Origin: a bacterium
Lineage (GTDB): Bacteria; Bacillota; Clostridia; Oscillospirales; Acutalibacteraceae
Assembly (NCBI GenBank): GCA_963620555.1
Contig: CAVFAN010000009.1
Coordinates: 12,375 to 76,374 of the forward strand
Direction: 5' to 3'
Length of the DNA stretch: 64,000 nt
In this document: in pieces, positions 1-9,694 of the stretch
How positions within the stretch are numbered: the first letter of the stretch is position 1
Layout of the letters: every line of letters starts with the position of its first letter
The notes under the pieces: model-generated
What the model was told of the DNA's origin: nothing
What the model saw: the letters and a program-made list of their open reading frames with translations, nothing else
The model's database searches: none
Made by a program: the position numbers and the translations under genes

Positions 1-124
1 AACGGACGGGGGATACAAATATAAAATATCCGTCCCGTCGAACTGCAAAGCGGATATAATTCTGCCCGACGGAAAAAAGACGACCGTCGGAGCAGGTGAA
101 TATGAATTTTAAGGAGGAAAATCT

Positions 125-1012
125 ATGAAAAGATCGACAGCCGCCGTCATGGCAGCCTTAATCCTGCTGGTGTCGCTGCTATGCGCCTGCGGGAAGGATG
201 AAACAAAAACAAATACCGACACCACCGGCGAAGCGCAGACGAGTGCGGACGGGCAGATAATTGCGGATACGACCGCACTGTCCGAGGATAGCACCGCGCA
301 GGAGGGTGAGACGGACGCAACTCAGTCAGCCGACCCCACAAAGCCCGCCGAGACAGGCGCACAACAGGTCACTGCCGCACCCTCAAAGAGCGCAAACGAT
401 TGGAATAAAGCTGAGATAATCGCCTATTTCAACGCCGGCGCGAACAGGGTCAAGTACAGCGCAAAATCCGTCACCCGCAATTACACCGAGACGAAGAATG
501 ACGCCGACAAGACCGAGCTTCCTAAAGCCATAGACGCGGTAGGCAAGAGTGCGATGAAAACTTTTATGAAGCGCGACGATAAAGCACTCGTCATGACGAG
601 CAAAGAGGATATCAAAACTGTGTTCCCCGTCGGCGGCAAGGACTGGGTCAGCAAGCTCACAGTGTCAGATGTCAAGAGTGCAAAGATAGAGGACAAGGGC
701 AGCGAATATCAGATAATCCTGACCTTCGGCACCGAAGTTAACCCATCGGGCGATAAGGGCTATGCCGCGGCGTTCGGTGTGCTGACCGCCGACATGGTGA
801 ATTTCGATTATCCCGGACTCTCGCTCAGCGACCAGAGGTTTACTTATTATGACGGCACCATCTCGGCGAGATTCGACAAGTCCACCGGCAACATGGTCTA
901 TGCCCACTATGACTATCCCGTTATTATTGAGCTCACGGCGCATCTGCTCGGCTCAAACACAAATGTAAAGGTCGGAATGACGACGATAAACGACTTTACG
1001 ATAAAATATTAA
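125..1012 (+). CDS. Secreted lipoprotein, unknown function (paralog 1 of 3 in window)
   Basis: AAGGAGG upstream of the ATG. The N-terminus MKRSTAAVMAALILLVSLLCAC is a signal peptide with a lipobox Cys, followed by a T/E/A-rich linker. The globular part aligns by eye with ORFs 4976-5821 and 34878-35828. Confidence 0.8.
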   Translation: MKRSTAAVMAALILLVSLLCACGKDETKTNTDTTGEAQTSADGQIIADTTALSEDSTAQEGETDATQSADPTKPAETGAQQVTAAPSKSANDWNKAEIIAYFNAGANRVKYSAKSVTRNYTETKNDADKTELPKAIDAVGKSAMKTFMKRDDKALVMTSKEDIKTVFPVGGKDWVSKLTVSDVKSAKIEDKGSEYQIILTFGTEVNPSGDKGYAAAFGVLTADMVNFDYPGLSLSDQRFTYYDGTISARFDKSTGNMVYAHYDYPVIIELTAHLLGSNTNVKVGMTTINDFTIKY

Positions 1013-1102
1013 AATTCACAACCCGAAAAACAAAATGTCCCGCACATTGCTGTACGGGGCATTTTGCGTATATTAAGCGCTTTCTTTATTTAGTCTTGTC
1101 TG

Positions 1103-1984
1103 TCAGTCGAGAGTCTTGACAAGCTCCTTGAGGTAAGCCTTGAAGCTCTCGCCTATTTCGGGATGCTTGAGAGCAACTTCGCAGTTTGCCTTCATGATGC
1201 CGAGCTTGTTGCCCATGTCGTAACGGATTCCGTCGAAGTCATAGGCAACGAGGTCGCCTCTTGCGCCGAGCTCGCTCATAACATCGGTCAGATACATCTC
1301 CTCGCCGGGCTTTACGTCGTTGAGCCCCTTTTCGAGCATACCGAATACCTCGGGCGGGAGGACGACTCTGCCGAGAATGGCATAGTTTGACATGACCTGC
1401 TCGGGGGTGGGCTTCTCGATTATCTTGTGGCAGCTCATTGCGCGTCCCTCAAGAGGGGTGACATCGAGCGAGCAGTACATCGAAATGAGCTCGTCGGGAA
1501 CCTCCTTGACGCCGACAACGCCCTTGCCGTACTTCTCATATGCTCTGCAAAGCTGAGCGGTCACGGGGTCATCGCTGACTGTCACATCGTCGCCGTAGAG
1601 CACTGCGAACGGCTCGTCGCCGACAAAGCTCTTGCCGCAGAGAATGGCGTGACCGAGACCCTTAGTCTCCTTCTGGCGGATGAAATATATATTGGCAAGG
1701 TTGGCGACCGCCTTGACCTCTTCGTAGATTTTCTCCTTGTTTTTCTTGCCGGCAAGATTTGCCTCAAGCTCAAAGGAGTGGTCGAAGTGATCCTCGATAA
1801 CGCCCTTGCCGCGGTTGGTTATGATGAGTATATCCTCGATACCCGCCGCCACAGCTTCTTCAACAAGATACTGGATAGCCGGCTTATCGACGATGTTGAG
1901 CATCTCCTTCGGAACTGCCTTGGACGCGGGGAGCACTCTTGTGCCGAGACCTGCCGCAGGAATAATAGCCTTTTTGACTTTCAT
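1103..1984 (-). CDS. galU: UTP--glucose-1-phosphate uridylyltransferase
   Basis: The N-terminal KAIIPAAGLGTRVLPASKAVPKEML signature and full-length collinearity match the GalU family. Confidence 0.95.
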   Translation of the reverse strand: MKVKKAIIPAAGLGTRVLPASKAVPKEMLNIVDKPAIQYLVEEAVAAGIEDILIITNRGKGVIEDHFDHSFELEANLAGKKNKEKIYEEVKAVANLANIYFIRQKETKGLGHAILCGKSFVGDEPFAVLYGDDVTVSDDPVTAQLCRAYEKYGKGVVGVKEVPDELISMYCSLDVTPLEGRAMSCHKIIEKPTPEQVMSNYAILGRVVLPPEVFGMLEKGLNDVKPGEEMYLTDVMSELGARGDLVAYDFDGIRYDMGNKLGIMKANCEVALKHPEIGESFKAYLKELVKTLD

Positions 1985-2004
1985 TTTTGCACCAAACCTT
2001 TCAT

Positions 2005-2982
2005 TTATTTTATAAGCATCTCTACTAAATACAACAGTAGGTTGTATACTATAGAATAACCTATATAGCCCGCAAAAGCAAGCAAAATCGATGTTCCGCC
2101 CTTTCTCATCGTCGCCGCCTCAAATGCGCGATCGTCGGGGAAAGCCGCACGAAGCTTCTTGACCTTTGCCGTGACGCTGCGCTTATAGAGAGGATTCGCG
2201 ATAAAGCCGGCGACAACATGCATAATAAGCTGTATGGCGAGCATCGGGATTATCGGTATCATCGCAGACGCCGCGTTTTGGAGAGCCGCCGTTATATCCG
2301 CCTGAGACGAGGTGTATATCGCCTCGGAATATGCCTGATATGCTGTCGTGAAAGCATCCACCTTTGAGGTAAACGGCAGAGCCACGGCGAGCATCAGACC
2401 CATGAATATGAGCCCCTCGCTCCAGAGCTTGCGGAAGAACATCCAATATGGGCTGAAGAAAAACGCCGCCCAGTTGAAGGTTATTTTCTTTTTGTTTTCC
2501 GCCATCGCCTTGAACTTCGGGATATATCTCGCACTTGCCGACTGCACCGTGCAGGCGAGATCCTTGACCTTCGCGCCGTCTATCTCGCTCTCCGGGTCGA
2601 GGGTTATGCCGTAGAGGAACGGATTGCCCGCCTCACCGGCGTTGAAGAACGGGTTGAACGGCTGAGCGCCGCCCGCAGTCAGGGGTGCGCCGCAGCTTGT
2701 GCAGCTGAGCGAATTCGGGGCGTTCTCCGCGCCGCAAACGGGACAGAACTGCGTACTTTTTTTGTTCTCGGTCTGTTCCTCCGGTCGGGGCTCGGCTCTG
2801 TATCCGGCGGCCTCAGGCTGCCAGACATAGCCTTCGGCGTGGCGTGAGGCGTTGACGCACTCGCCCCTCTCGTCCCAGCACGCACGGTGCTGAGGTGTGC
2901 CGCAGACCGGACAGACGACAATATCGTCATCGTGATCGAAGTCCCTGCCGCAGGCGGGGCATTTCTGACCGTTGAAATCCAT
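2005..2982 (-). CDS. Zinc-ribbon / DUF2628-like membrane protein
   Basis: Two CxxC...CxxC zinc-ribbon pairs (CPACG..CPVCG and CPVCG..CTSCG). The C-terminal half is hydrophobic and contains FNWAAFFFSPYWMFFRKLW. ATG 2982 has AAAGGA 6 nt upstream; the track start at 2997 is a GTG. Confidence 0.75.
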   Translation of the reverse strand: MDFNGQKCPACGRDFDHDDDIVVCPVCGTPQHRACWDERGECVNASRHAEGYVWQPEAAGYRAEPRPEEQTENKKSTQFCPVCGAENAPNSLSCTSCGAPLTAGGAQPFNPFFNAGEAGNPFLYGITLDPESEIDGAKVKDLACTVQSASARYIPKFKAMAENKKKITFNWAAFFFSPYWMFFRKLWSEGLIFMGLMLAVALPFTSKVDAFTTAYQAYSEAIYTSSQADITAALQNAASAMIPIIPMLAIQLIMHVVAGFIANPLYKRSVTAKVKKLRAAFPDDRAFEAATMRKGGTSILLAFAGYIGYSIVYNLLLYLVEMLIK

Positions 2983-3370
2983 ATTTTTTCCTTTCACCTT
3001 TCCGATGGATACTGTTCTCCATCTTCCGTTCCGATTATATCACAAACACCAAAGATTATTGTAGACGAAATTGAGATAAATTTCAATTATTATGTGAACA
3101 AATAACGATTTTTAGCCGATTTTTTATTTTTATAGCAAAAGCCCTGTGAGACATTACCTGTCGTCCCAGTCCCGCCTCATGTTTTACACACAGACGGGCT
3201 TATCCGTATGCAACTGCTTTGTAAAAAAGCTTGTGCCGCCGGCGGCGGCAGCGGTGCGTCGAGTCGCCGCACCCTACCAAGGCTCAAAGAAGCAGCACTC
3301 GCGCCGCAGAGCGGCAAAAGCCCCCCCGAGAGGGGCTTTATCTATAATCTGTAATCTATAGTCTGACGTC

Positions 3371-4930
3371 TCACTTTACATTTCTCCACAGCGTTCTGTC
3401 GAGCGAGCGGTACTGCACCGCCTGCGAGATATGGTCGGAGTTCACCGCTTCGCTGCCGTCAAGGTCGGCGACGGTGCGTGCGATGCGTAGGATTTTGTCA
3501 TATGCTCTCGCGGACAGCTCAAGCTTTTCAAACACTTTTTCGAGCAGGATCATGCCCTCGGGAGTCGGGCGGCAGAATTTTTTCGTCTGCGCCGCGTCCA
3601 TCTTCGCGTTGCATGAAATGCCGCTGCCCTTGAGACGCTCGGTCTGAATTGCGCGTGCCGCGTTGACCCGCTTTCTGATATCTGCGGAGCACTCCTCCTG
3701 CGAAGTGCCGGACAGGCTCGCAAACTCAACGGGCGGCACCTCGATATGAATGTCCAATCTGTCGAGCAGGGGTCCCGAAAGGCGCGAAAGATACCGCTGA
3801 ACGGACTGCTGGGAGCAGGTACATCTGCGGGTCGGATGACCGTAATATCCGCAGGGGCACGGGTTCATCGCGCAGACTATCATTGCCGAGCACGGATACG
3901 ACAGCGACGCGGAGACGCGTGAAATGGTTATCTTCGAGTCCTCCATCGGCTGGCGCAAAACTTCCATAGCCTGGCGCGAAAACTCCGGCAGCTCGTCTAA
4001 GAAGAGCACGCCGTTGTGCGCCAATGATATCTCACCCGGGCGCGGAATAGTACCGCCGCCGGAAAGTCCTGCGGGCGAAACGGTATGGTGCGGTGAGCGG
4101 AACGGTCGCTGAGTCATCAGCGAAACGCCGTCGGGCAATGCGCCCGCGACTGAATAGAGCTTCGTCGTCTCAAGGCTCTCTTCAAAGGTCATATCCGGCA
4201 ATATTGACGGCAGACGCTTTGCGAGCATACTTTTGCCCGAGCCGGGCGGACCGACCATGATTATATTGTGACCGCCCGCAGCGGCTATCTCAAGCGCACG
4301 TTTTACCTCCGCCTGCCCTCTGACATCGCGAAAGTCGGGCGCAAATTCATCCGGCGCGTAGCTGTCCCTGAAATCGTCGAACCTCGCGGGTTCTGTTATC
4401 TCTTCGGCGCGCAGGTGCTTTATCAGCTTTTCGACGCTCCTGACGGGAATAACCTCGATACCCTGAACGACCGAGCTTTCGGCAGCGTTCTCCGTCGGGA
4501 CGAACACGGTTTTTATGCCGCTCTTTGCGGCGGTTATGACCATGGGCAGCGCACCGTCAACGCGGCGGACGAGTCCGTCAAGCGACACCTCGCCGATAAA
4601 TGCCATGCCGTCGGAGTCAAAGCTTATCTGCCTGCCGGCCTTGAGCAGAGCCATGAGAATGGGCAGATCGTATACCGAGCCCTCCTTGCGTGTGTCTGCG
4701 GGCGCTAAATTCACCGTAATGCGGCTGACGGGAAAGGCAAAGCCCGTATTTTTAATCGCCGAGCGAACTCTGTTCTTCGCTTCGCTTATCGCGGCGTCGG
4801 GCAGTCCGACTATATCGAATCTCGGCAGACCCTGCGAGAGATCCGCCTCGACCTGAACCATGTAGCTGTCCATGCCGAAAAGTCCCATGCTGTTTATCCG
4901 TGCAAACAAATTCATACCCCCATTTGCCAA
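3371..4930 (-). CDS. comM: YifB/ComM family Mg-chelatase-like AAA+ ATPase
   Basis: Walker A GPPGSGKS, a ChlI-like core, and N- and C-terminal domains typical of the YifB/ComM family. TTG start with a GGGGGA RBS 7 nt upstream. Confidence 0.92.
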   Translation of the reverse strand: MANGGMNLFARINSMGLFGMDSYMVQVEADLSQGLPRFDIVGLPDAAISEAKNRVRSAIKNTGFAFPVSRITVNLAPADTRKEGSVYDLPILMALLKAGRQISFDSDGMAFIGEVSLDGLVRRVDGALPMVITAAKSGIKTVFVPTENAAESSVVQGIEVIPVRSVEKLIKHLRAEEITEPARFDDFRDSYAPDEFAPDFRDVRGQAEVKRALEIAAAGGHNIIMVGPPGSGKSMLAKRLPSILPDMTFEESLETTKLYSVAGALPDGVSLMTQRPFRSPHHTVSPAGLSGGGTIPRPGEISLAHNGVLFLDELPEFSRQAMEVLRQPMEDSKITISRVSASLSYPCSAMIVCAMNPCPCGYYGHPTRRCTCSQQSVQRYLSRLSGPLLDRLDIHIEVPPVEFASLSGTSQEECSADIRKRVNAARAIQTERLKGSGISCNAKMDAAQTKKFCRPTPEGMILLEKVFEKLELSARAYDKILRIARTVADLDGSEAVNSDHISQAVQYRSLDRTLWRNVK

Positions 4931-4975
4931 TGAAAAGTCCCCCGAGCTGCCTCGGAGGACTCCCTTCAGTTTTTG

Positions 4976-5821
4976 TCAGTCTGCCTCGGCAGTGGTCGTG
5001 GTCGAAGGATCGGTCCAGTCCATCTCGTACTTGTCGCCGTAGGTGTACTCGAACGAGCAGGGAAGAGTGCCTATTTCGGCAAGGGTGCCCTCGCCGGTTA
5101 TTGTGGTCGTGATCTTCTCGGTTCTTATGTACTCGACGGAAGCAACGGTGTTATCCTCCGTGTTGATGACGCAGATTATCTTGCACTCGGTGTAGGTCAG
5201 GGACTCGATATCGGTGAAGCTGAGATAGCCCTTGAGCTTCTCTCTGAACTCCTTGACAGCTGCCGCCTTATCCTCCTCGGATCCGAGATTGAATGCCTTT
5301 TTGACAAGCTCGACATCGGGCTCCTTTATGACGAGGGTCAGCGTGCGCTGGCTGTTGTCGTCGTTCGCCGTTATCTCGGCGGACTCAACATCGGCTGCGG
5401 TCAACTGGCTCGACCAGTTTTCACCGGATACGGGGAAAAGGGCGGTCAGATCGTCGCCGTACTTTGTCTCGGCGTTTCTGCTCTTTTCAAAAGCACTCCT
5501 TGTGCCGTCGAAGATGTACTTCTTGAGGGTGGGAACGGCCTTTTCAAGCAGGGTATTGCGCTCGCCGTCCTCTGTGCCGCAGATGACGTTGGAGACATTC
5601 TCGGTGCTCTGGAACTTCTTGACAGCGGGCTTTTTGACCTTGACGGCGTTTATTACGCTGTTGTAGTAGTTGACCATTGCCTCCTTGCCGACGGGCATCT
5701 CGGACATCGCGGTAACGGTAGTCTCCTCAGTGTCGGTGGTGCCGGCGTCGCACGCCGCGAACGAGAAGAGCATTGCTGCTACAAGTACGAGAGCGCATAC
5801 GGCATAGATCTTTTTCTTCAT
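4976..5821 (-). CDS. Secreted lipoprotein, unknown function (paralog 2 of 3)
   Basis: The N-terminus MKKKIYAVCALVLVAAMLFSFAAC is a lipoprotein signal. It shares motifs with ORF 125-1012, for example LFPVSGENWSSQLTAADVESAEI against VFPVGGKDWVSKLTVSDVKSAKI. Confidence 0.8.
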   Translation of the reverse strand: MKKKIYAVCALVLVAAMLFSFAACDAGTTDTEETTVTAMSEMPVGKEAMVNYYNSVINAVKVKKPAVKKFQSTENVSNVICGTEDGERNTLLEKAVPTLKKYIFDGTRSAFEKSRNAETKYGDDLTALFPVSGENWSSQLTAADVESAEITANDDNSQRTLTLVIKEPDVELVKKAFNLGSEEDKAAAVKEFREKLKGYLSFTDIESLTYTECKIICVINTEDNTVASVEYIRTEKITTTITGEGTLAEIGTLPCSFEYTYGDKYEMDWTDPSTTTTAEAD

Positions 5822-6017
5822 GAAGGTTTAATCCCCTTTCTTTATTTAGCGGAAGCGCACAAAACCGGATTATGCTGCGCCGCAGTTCCGCTGCTCTTTA
5901 GACTGAATTATTATAACATATTAATTTAAATTATTACAGTAAAAATTAGCAGTACCGCCTATTTTTGTCATATTTATTGAAAAACAGGCGGCATATTTGG
6001 CTATAATATACAAACAA

Positions 6018-7259
6018 TCAGTTTGAAAGACCCTTTTCATCGAAGAAAAACGCAGTCTCAAGCGCAACGCTGAGGATGGTTTCTATCGTTTTTATGTCGA
6101 GATTGTCCGCAGTGTCGAGCCTCGTGTGGTAATATCTCGCCGGAGCGGGATCCATTGCGGCTATCGAAACGGCCTTCATACCGGACTGAGTGACTGCGGC
6201 GGCGTCGGTCGCGCCGAAGAAAACGCTTTTGTAGGGCATGTCGAGCCCAGTCTGCTTTGCCGCCTCCTTGACGAGCGCACACGCGCTCCCGTCGTTCCTG
6301 ACGGTGCCGGTGAGGTCGCGGGAATATATCGCCATGAAGTCGTAATCGCGTATGGTGTCGAGACCGACAAACACGGTTTCAACATCGCCGAGCTCATCCT
6401 TGTGCGCCTTACAGAAGGCCTTTGCACCGCGCAGTCCCGCCTCCTCCGAGCCTGTGAGCACGACCCAAACCTCGGTGTTTTCAAAGCGGATGTCGTGCTG
6501 CTGCATATATTTGACGACCGCCATTGAAATAAAGCAGCCGGTCAGGTCATCGTTTGCGCCCATGACGGGTCTCTTCTTGTTTTCAAAGAAGAGCGCAACG
6601 AAGAGGATCGGTATCCACGCGAGGAAGACGTATCTCAGAATATTGAGCGCACCGCTGTCCGCCATGGAGAAGCCGTGACCTGCGGCGATAGCCCAGATGT
6701 TGAGCACGAGCCCGAGCAGGATGCCGACGAAGCTCAGACCGATTATCGGAACGAGCAGCTTCGGTCCGCCGTAATAGGTGAATCTCCATTCGTTGGCGCT
6801 GTCCGAATGACCGGAAAAGATTATGCGGCGCTTGACTTCGCCCTTGGGCTTTCTGACGGCAACGACATTGTGCGACGTCTTTTTGGGGAAGAACGGGTCG
6901 AGCATCTTTTTGTAGAGCAGGAACTCCGCGATTGCGAATATCAGCGAGAGTGCGCTGAGAATCAGCGATATGACGCTCATGCCGAAGAAGAAAAGGACTA
7001 TGGCGGCAATCATCATTATGCCGTCCGCCAGTATCCAGCCGAGGAACGCGCCGGGATGCACGTCAAAAGGCTCGATATCCACCTTGTCGCACGCACCGTC
7101 GAGCTCGGCAGCCATGAGCTTCTGAGCCGCGTACTCCTGCTCGCTGCCGGCGGGTCTGGGACCGACCTCCTTGCAGATTTTTTTTATTCCGCGAGCTGAG
7201 AAATTTGTCATCTCTCTGAGCGCGGACGGATAGTTTTTGACACTGTCCTGAGCTTTCAT
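6018..7259 (-). CDS. Membrane-associated M28 family Zn-peptidase
   Basis: GSEEAGLRGAKAF and GHSDSANEW motifs of the M28 family, with internal TM helices. The likely true start is ATG 7259 (MKAQDS...) with AAAGGAG upstream. The 90-codon extension in the track has no RBS. Confidence 0.8.
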   Translation of the reverse strand: MKAQDSVKNYPSALREMTNFSARGIKKICKEVGPRPAGSEQEYAAQKLMAAELDGACDKVDIEPFDVHPGAFLGWILADGIMMIAAIVLFFFGMSVISLILSALSLIFAIAEFLLYKKMLDPFFPKKTSHNVVAVRKPKGEVKRRIIFSGHSDSANEWRFTYYGGPKLLVPIIGLSFVGILLGLVLNIWAIAAGHGFSMADSGALNILRYVFLAWIPILFVALFFENKKRPVMGANDDLTGCFISMAVVKYMQQHDIRFENTEVWVVLTGSEEAGLRGAKAFCKAHKDELGDVETVFVGLDTIRDYDFMAIYSRDLTGTVRNDGSACALVKEAAKQTGLDMPYKSVFFGATDAAAVTQSGMKAVSIAAMDPAPARYYHTRLDTADNLDIKTIETILSVALETAFFFDEKGLSN

Positions 7260-7374
7260 TATGAAACTCCTTTCGCCTTTTGAATTCCGCCGCAGGTTTG
7301 ACACGGCAGATTTATTGTGATATATTTGTGTCACAGCCGGAGGACTGTTGAAACCTTGTTGGGAGATATGGAAA

Positions 7375-8244
7375 ATGAAGAAAAATATTCGCTCGATACT
7401 TGCGGTCATACTCGCGGTGATACTTGTCGCGCTCGTCGGCACATACGCTATCCTCAAGGTTCGCTCAAAGGGCAGCAAAACACCGACTGAAGCTTCAAGC
7501 GAGTCGCAGACCGAAACAACGCAGAGCACTGCGCCGGAAACGACCTCGCAGGAGACGGTGACTGAAACCGAGAAGACGACGGCTCAGCAGACGACCGCAA
7601 AAGCCTCTTCAAACGGAACCACGGAATATGCCTACGCATATGCGGGCTTTTCGCCGAAGGTGACGAAGATAGACGAGGACAAGTGGTATCTGACCCTTGT
7701 CAACCGAGATTATATTCTGCCCGAAAACTACACTGTCAAAACCGCGCAGACCGTTGTCGATATCTACGGCGGATACAGCTACGGACTGCTCGATTACCGC
7801 GTCGCCCCGCACTATATTGAGATGTATAACGCCGCGCTTGAGGACGGGATAAAGCTCTCGCCCCTGTCCGGCTACCGCTCGATAGCGCATCAAAAGAGAA
7901 ATTTCGAGGCGCGTATCAATCTCTATATGAATCAGGGATACAGCAAAAAGCAGGCGACGATAATGGCGTCGGAGATAATCCTGCCGCCGCAGACGAGCGA
8001 GCACAACGCGGGACTGTGTATGGACATTCTCTCGATATATGAGAGCTTCGAGAATACGAAGGAATACAGATGGCTCCAGGAGCACGCCGCGGATTACGGA
8101 TTCGTGCTCAGATATCCCAAGGACAAGCAGGACATCACGAACATCACCTTTGAGCCGTGGCACTGGCGCTATGTCGGCGTCGAAGCCGCCAAGGAGATGA
8201 AGGCGAAGAATCTGTGCCTTGAGGAGTACCTCGGAGTGGCATAA
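7375..8244 (+). CDS. VanY/M15B D-alanyl-D-alanine carboxypeptidase, membrane anchored
   Basis: LSGYRSIAHQ, SEHNAGLCMD and EPWHWRYVG motifs of the VanY family. N-terminal TM helix followed by a T/E/S-rich linker. Confidence 0.88.
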   Translation: MKKNIRSILAVILAVILVALVGTYAILKVRSKGSKTPTEASSESQTETTQSTAPETTSQETVTETEKTTAQQTTAKASSNGTTEYAYAYAGFSPKVTKIDEDKWYLTLVNRDYILPENYTVKTAQTVVDIYGGYSYGLLDYRVAPHYIEMYNAALEDGIKLSPLSGYRSIAHQKRNFEARINLYMNQGYSKKQATIMASEIILPPQTSEHNAGLCMDILSIYESFENTKEYRWLQEHAADYGFVLRYPKDKQDITNITFEPWHWRYVGVEAAKEMKAKNLCLEEYLGVA

Positions 8245-8441
8245 AAATATTATAACGGGCTGCCCGGAGGACACTCCGAGGCGGCTTTCGCTTTGCTCAA
8301 GGCGATAGGGGGTAGGCGGTAGGCGATAGAAAAGGACACGCCTTGAACCGCAGCCTGATTCCTAAGTCCTGTCGTAGGGACAGTCCTTGCGGCAGTCCGT
8401 TATCGGCGCAGTCGATATAAAATAAAAGCCTCCCACAAATA

Positions 8442-8459
8442 AAGCCGCATATGCGGCTT
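8442..8459 (-). terminator. Intrinsic terminator after the prfB-cyclase-sugar transferase genes
   Basis: Perfect palindrome AAGCCGCAT/ATGCGGCTT. On the minus strand it is followed by TTTATTTGTG, immediately after the stop at 8463. Confidence 0.55.
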
Positions 8460-8462
8460 GTT

Positions 8463-9044
8463 TTATTCCTTATGATTCATTCCGCCCTCGACAACATCCT
8501 TGCCGGTGAGCACGACCCAAATGGTGCGGAAGAATATTTTTGCGTCGAACAAGAGAGATCTGCGCTCGATATATTCGCGGTCATATTCCGCCTTTTCCTC
8601 ATCGGAGAGGCAGTCCCTGCCGTTGACCTGCGCCCAACCGGTCAGCCCCGGACGGACGGAATATACTCCGTATTCGCGGCGCAACTCTCGGATATGGCTC
8701 TCCTCGGGAATGAGCGGACGCGGACCGATGAAGCTCATGTCGCCCGTGAGAACGTTGAACAGCTGCGGCAGCTCATCGAGGCTCGTCCTGCGCAGGAACT
8801 TGCCCGAACGGGTAATAAACTCATCCGACTGCTCGAAATTGGCGGTCGAAATATTCGGAGCACCGTTTTTCATTGTGCGGAATTTTTTTATTTTGAACAG
8901 CTTGTCGCCCTTGCCGACCCTGTTCTGCCTGAATACGACAGGCATTCCGTCGTCGCAGATTATTATCAGGCAGATAACAAGCATCAGCGGAGACAGGAGA
9001 ATAATAGCCAGCAGGCTGAGCAAAACGTCCAGAAAACGCTTCAT
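8463..9044 (-). CDS. Bacterial sugar transferase (undecaprenyl-phosphate hexose-1-phosphate transferase type)
   Basis: Single N-terminal TM helix plus KFRTM and [13 protein letters not shown] motifs of the WbaP/EpsL/PglC-type small transferases. Confidence 0.9.
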   Translation of the reverse strand: MKRFLDVLLSLLAIILLSPLMLVICLIIICDDGMPVVFRQNRVGKGDKLFKIKKFRTMKNGAPNISTANFEQSDEFITRSGKFLRRTSLDELPQLFNVLTGDMSFIGPRPLIPEESHIRELRREYGVYSVRPGLTGWAQVNGRDCLSDEEKAEYDREYIERRSLLFDAKIFFRTIWVVLTGKDVVEGGMNHKE

Positions 9045-9087
9045 TAAGCAGAACACGCCTTTCGTTTATTGCAGATACGGCACAGCG

Positions 9088-9690
9088 TCAACGGCTGCCC
9101 CAGAAAATATAATCGCTGATAAGCACCGCACGCACGGGTGCGCCCTCAAGTCCGCCGAGCTTCACAGGTGCTGCAAAGAGATAGTAGCTGCCGGGGACAA
9201 CCTCACTCAGGTCAAGTCCCTCGAGCACGCAGATTCCCGCTCCCAAAAACGCCTTGTGGGGTGCAGCCTGATCGCCCTTTATGCCTACGGAGAGGGAGTC
9301 CGTGCCGATGAGCCTTAGCCCGATGTCGGCAAGCTCATCCGCCGCGCTGCTGTGAAAATACGCCTTGCCGCCGCCCTTTATGAGCAGGCGTTCGCATTTC
9401 TGCGGGAATTTTTCGTTGATATCCTCGCCCGTTATCGCGCCCTCGGGCACCTCTATGACCGTGCACGGACCGATAAACGGCTCGAGCGGCACTTCGTCGA
9501 TGCTCGCGCCGCCGTCGATAAAATGCAGGGGCGCGTCGGCATGGGTGCCGGTGTGTACGCACGAGAAGAGCGTGGACAGGTTGCAGCTTGAATTTTCTCC
9601 TATCCGGCTGACAAACTCCGCATGCGGCAGAGGGTCGCCCGGATACACTTCGGTTTTCAGCACATCGCGCGAAATGTCGATAATGTTCAT
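9088..9690 (-). CDS. Cyclase family protein (kynurenine formamidase-like)
   Basis: [12 protein letters not shown] metal-binding motif of the putative cyclase/arylformamidase family. Confidence 0.85.
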   Translation of the reverse strand: MNIIDISRDVLKTEVYPGDPLPHAEFVSRIGENSSCNLSTLFSCVHTGTHADAPLHFIDGGASIDEVPLEPFIGPCTVIEVPEGAITGEDINEKFPQKCERLLIKGGGKAYFHSSAADELADIGLRLIGTDSLSVGIKGDQAAPHKAFLGAGICVLEGLDLSEVVPGSYYLFAAPVKLGGLEGAPVRAVLISDYIFWGSR

Positions 9691-9694
9691 GTCA

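Noticed and set aside
4973-5929. 318-aa plus-strand ORF.
   Set aside because: It lies antisense to the well-supported lipoprotein gene 4976-5821. It has no RBS and a Gly/Leu/Val/Asp-rich shadow composition typical of high-GC antisense frames.
6018-7529. Full 503-aa version of the M28 peptidase ORF.
   Set aside because: The first 90 codons overlap the divergent promoter region and the start of the VanY-like gene, and they lack an RBS. ATG 7259 with AAAGGAG is the credible start.
8281-8440. Short direct repeat AGGCGATAG (two copies) and small hairpins in the VanY downstream intergenic region.
   Set aside because: They are too short and degenerate to assign a function, and no flanking signals are present.
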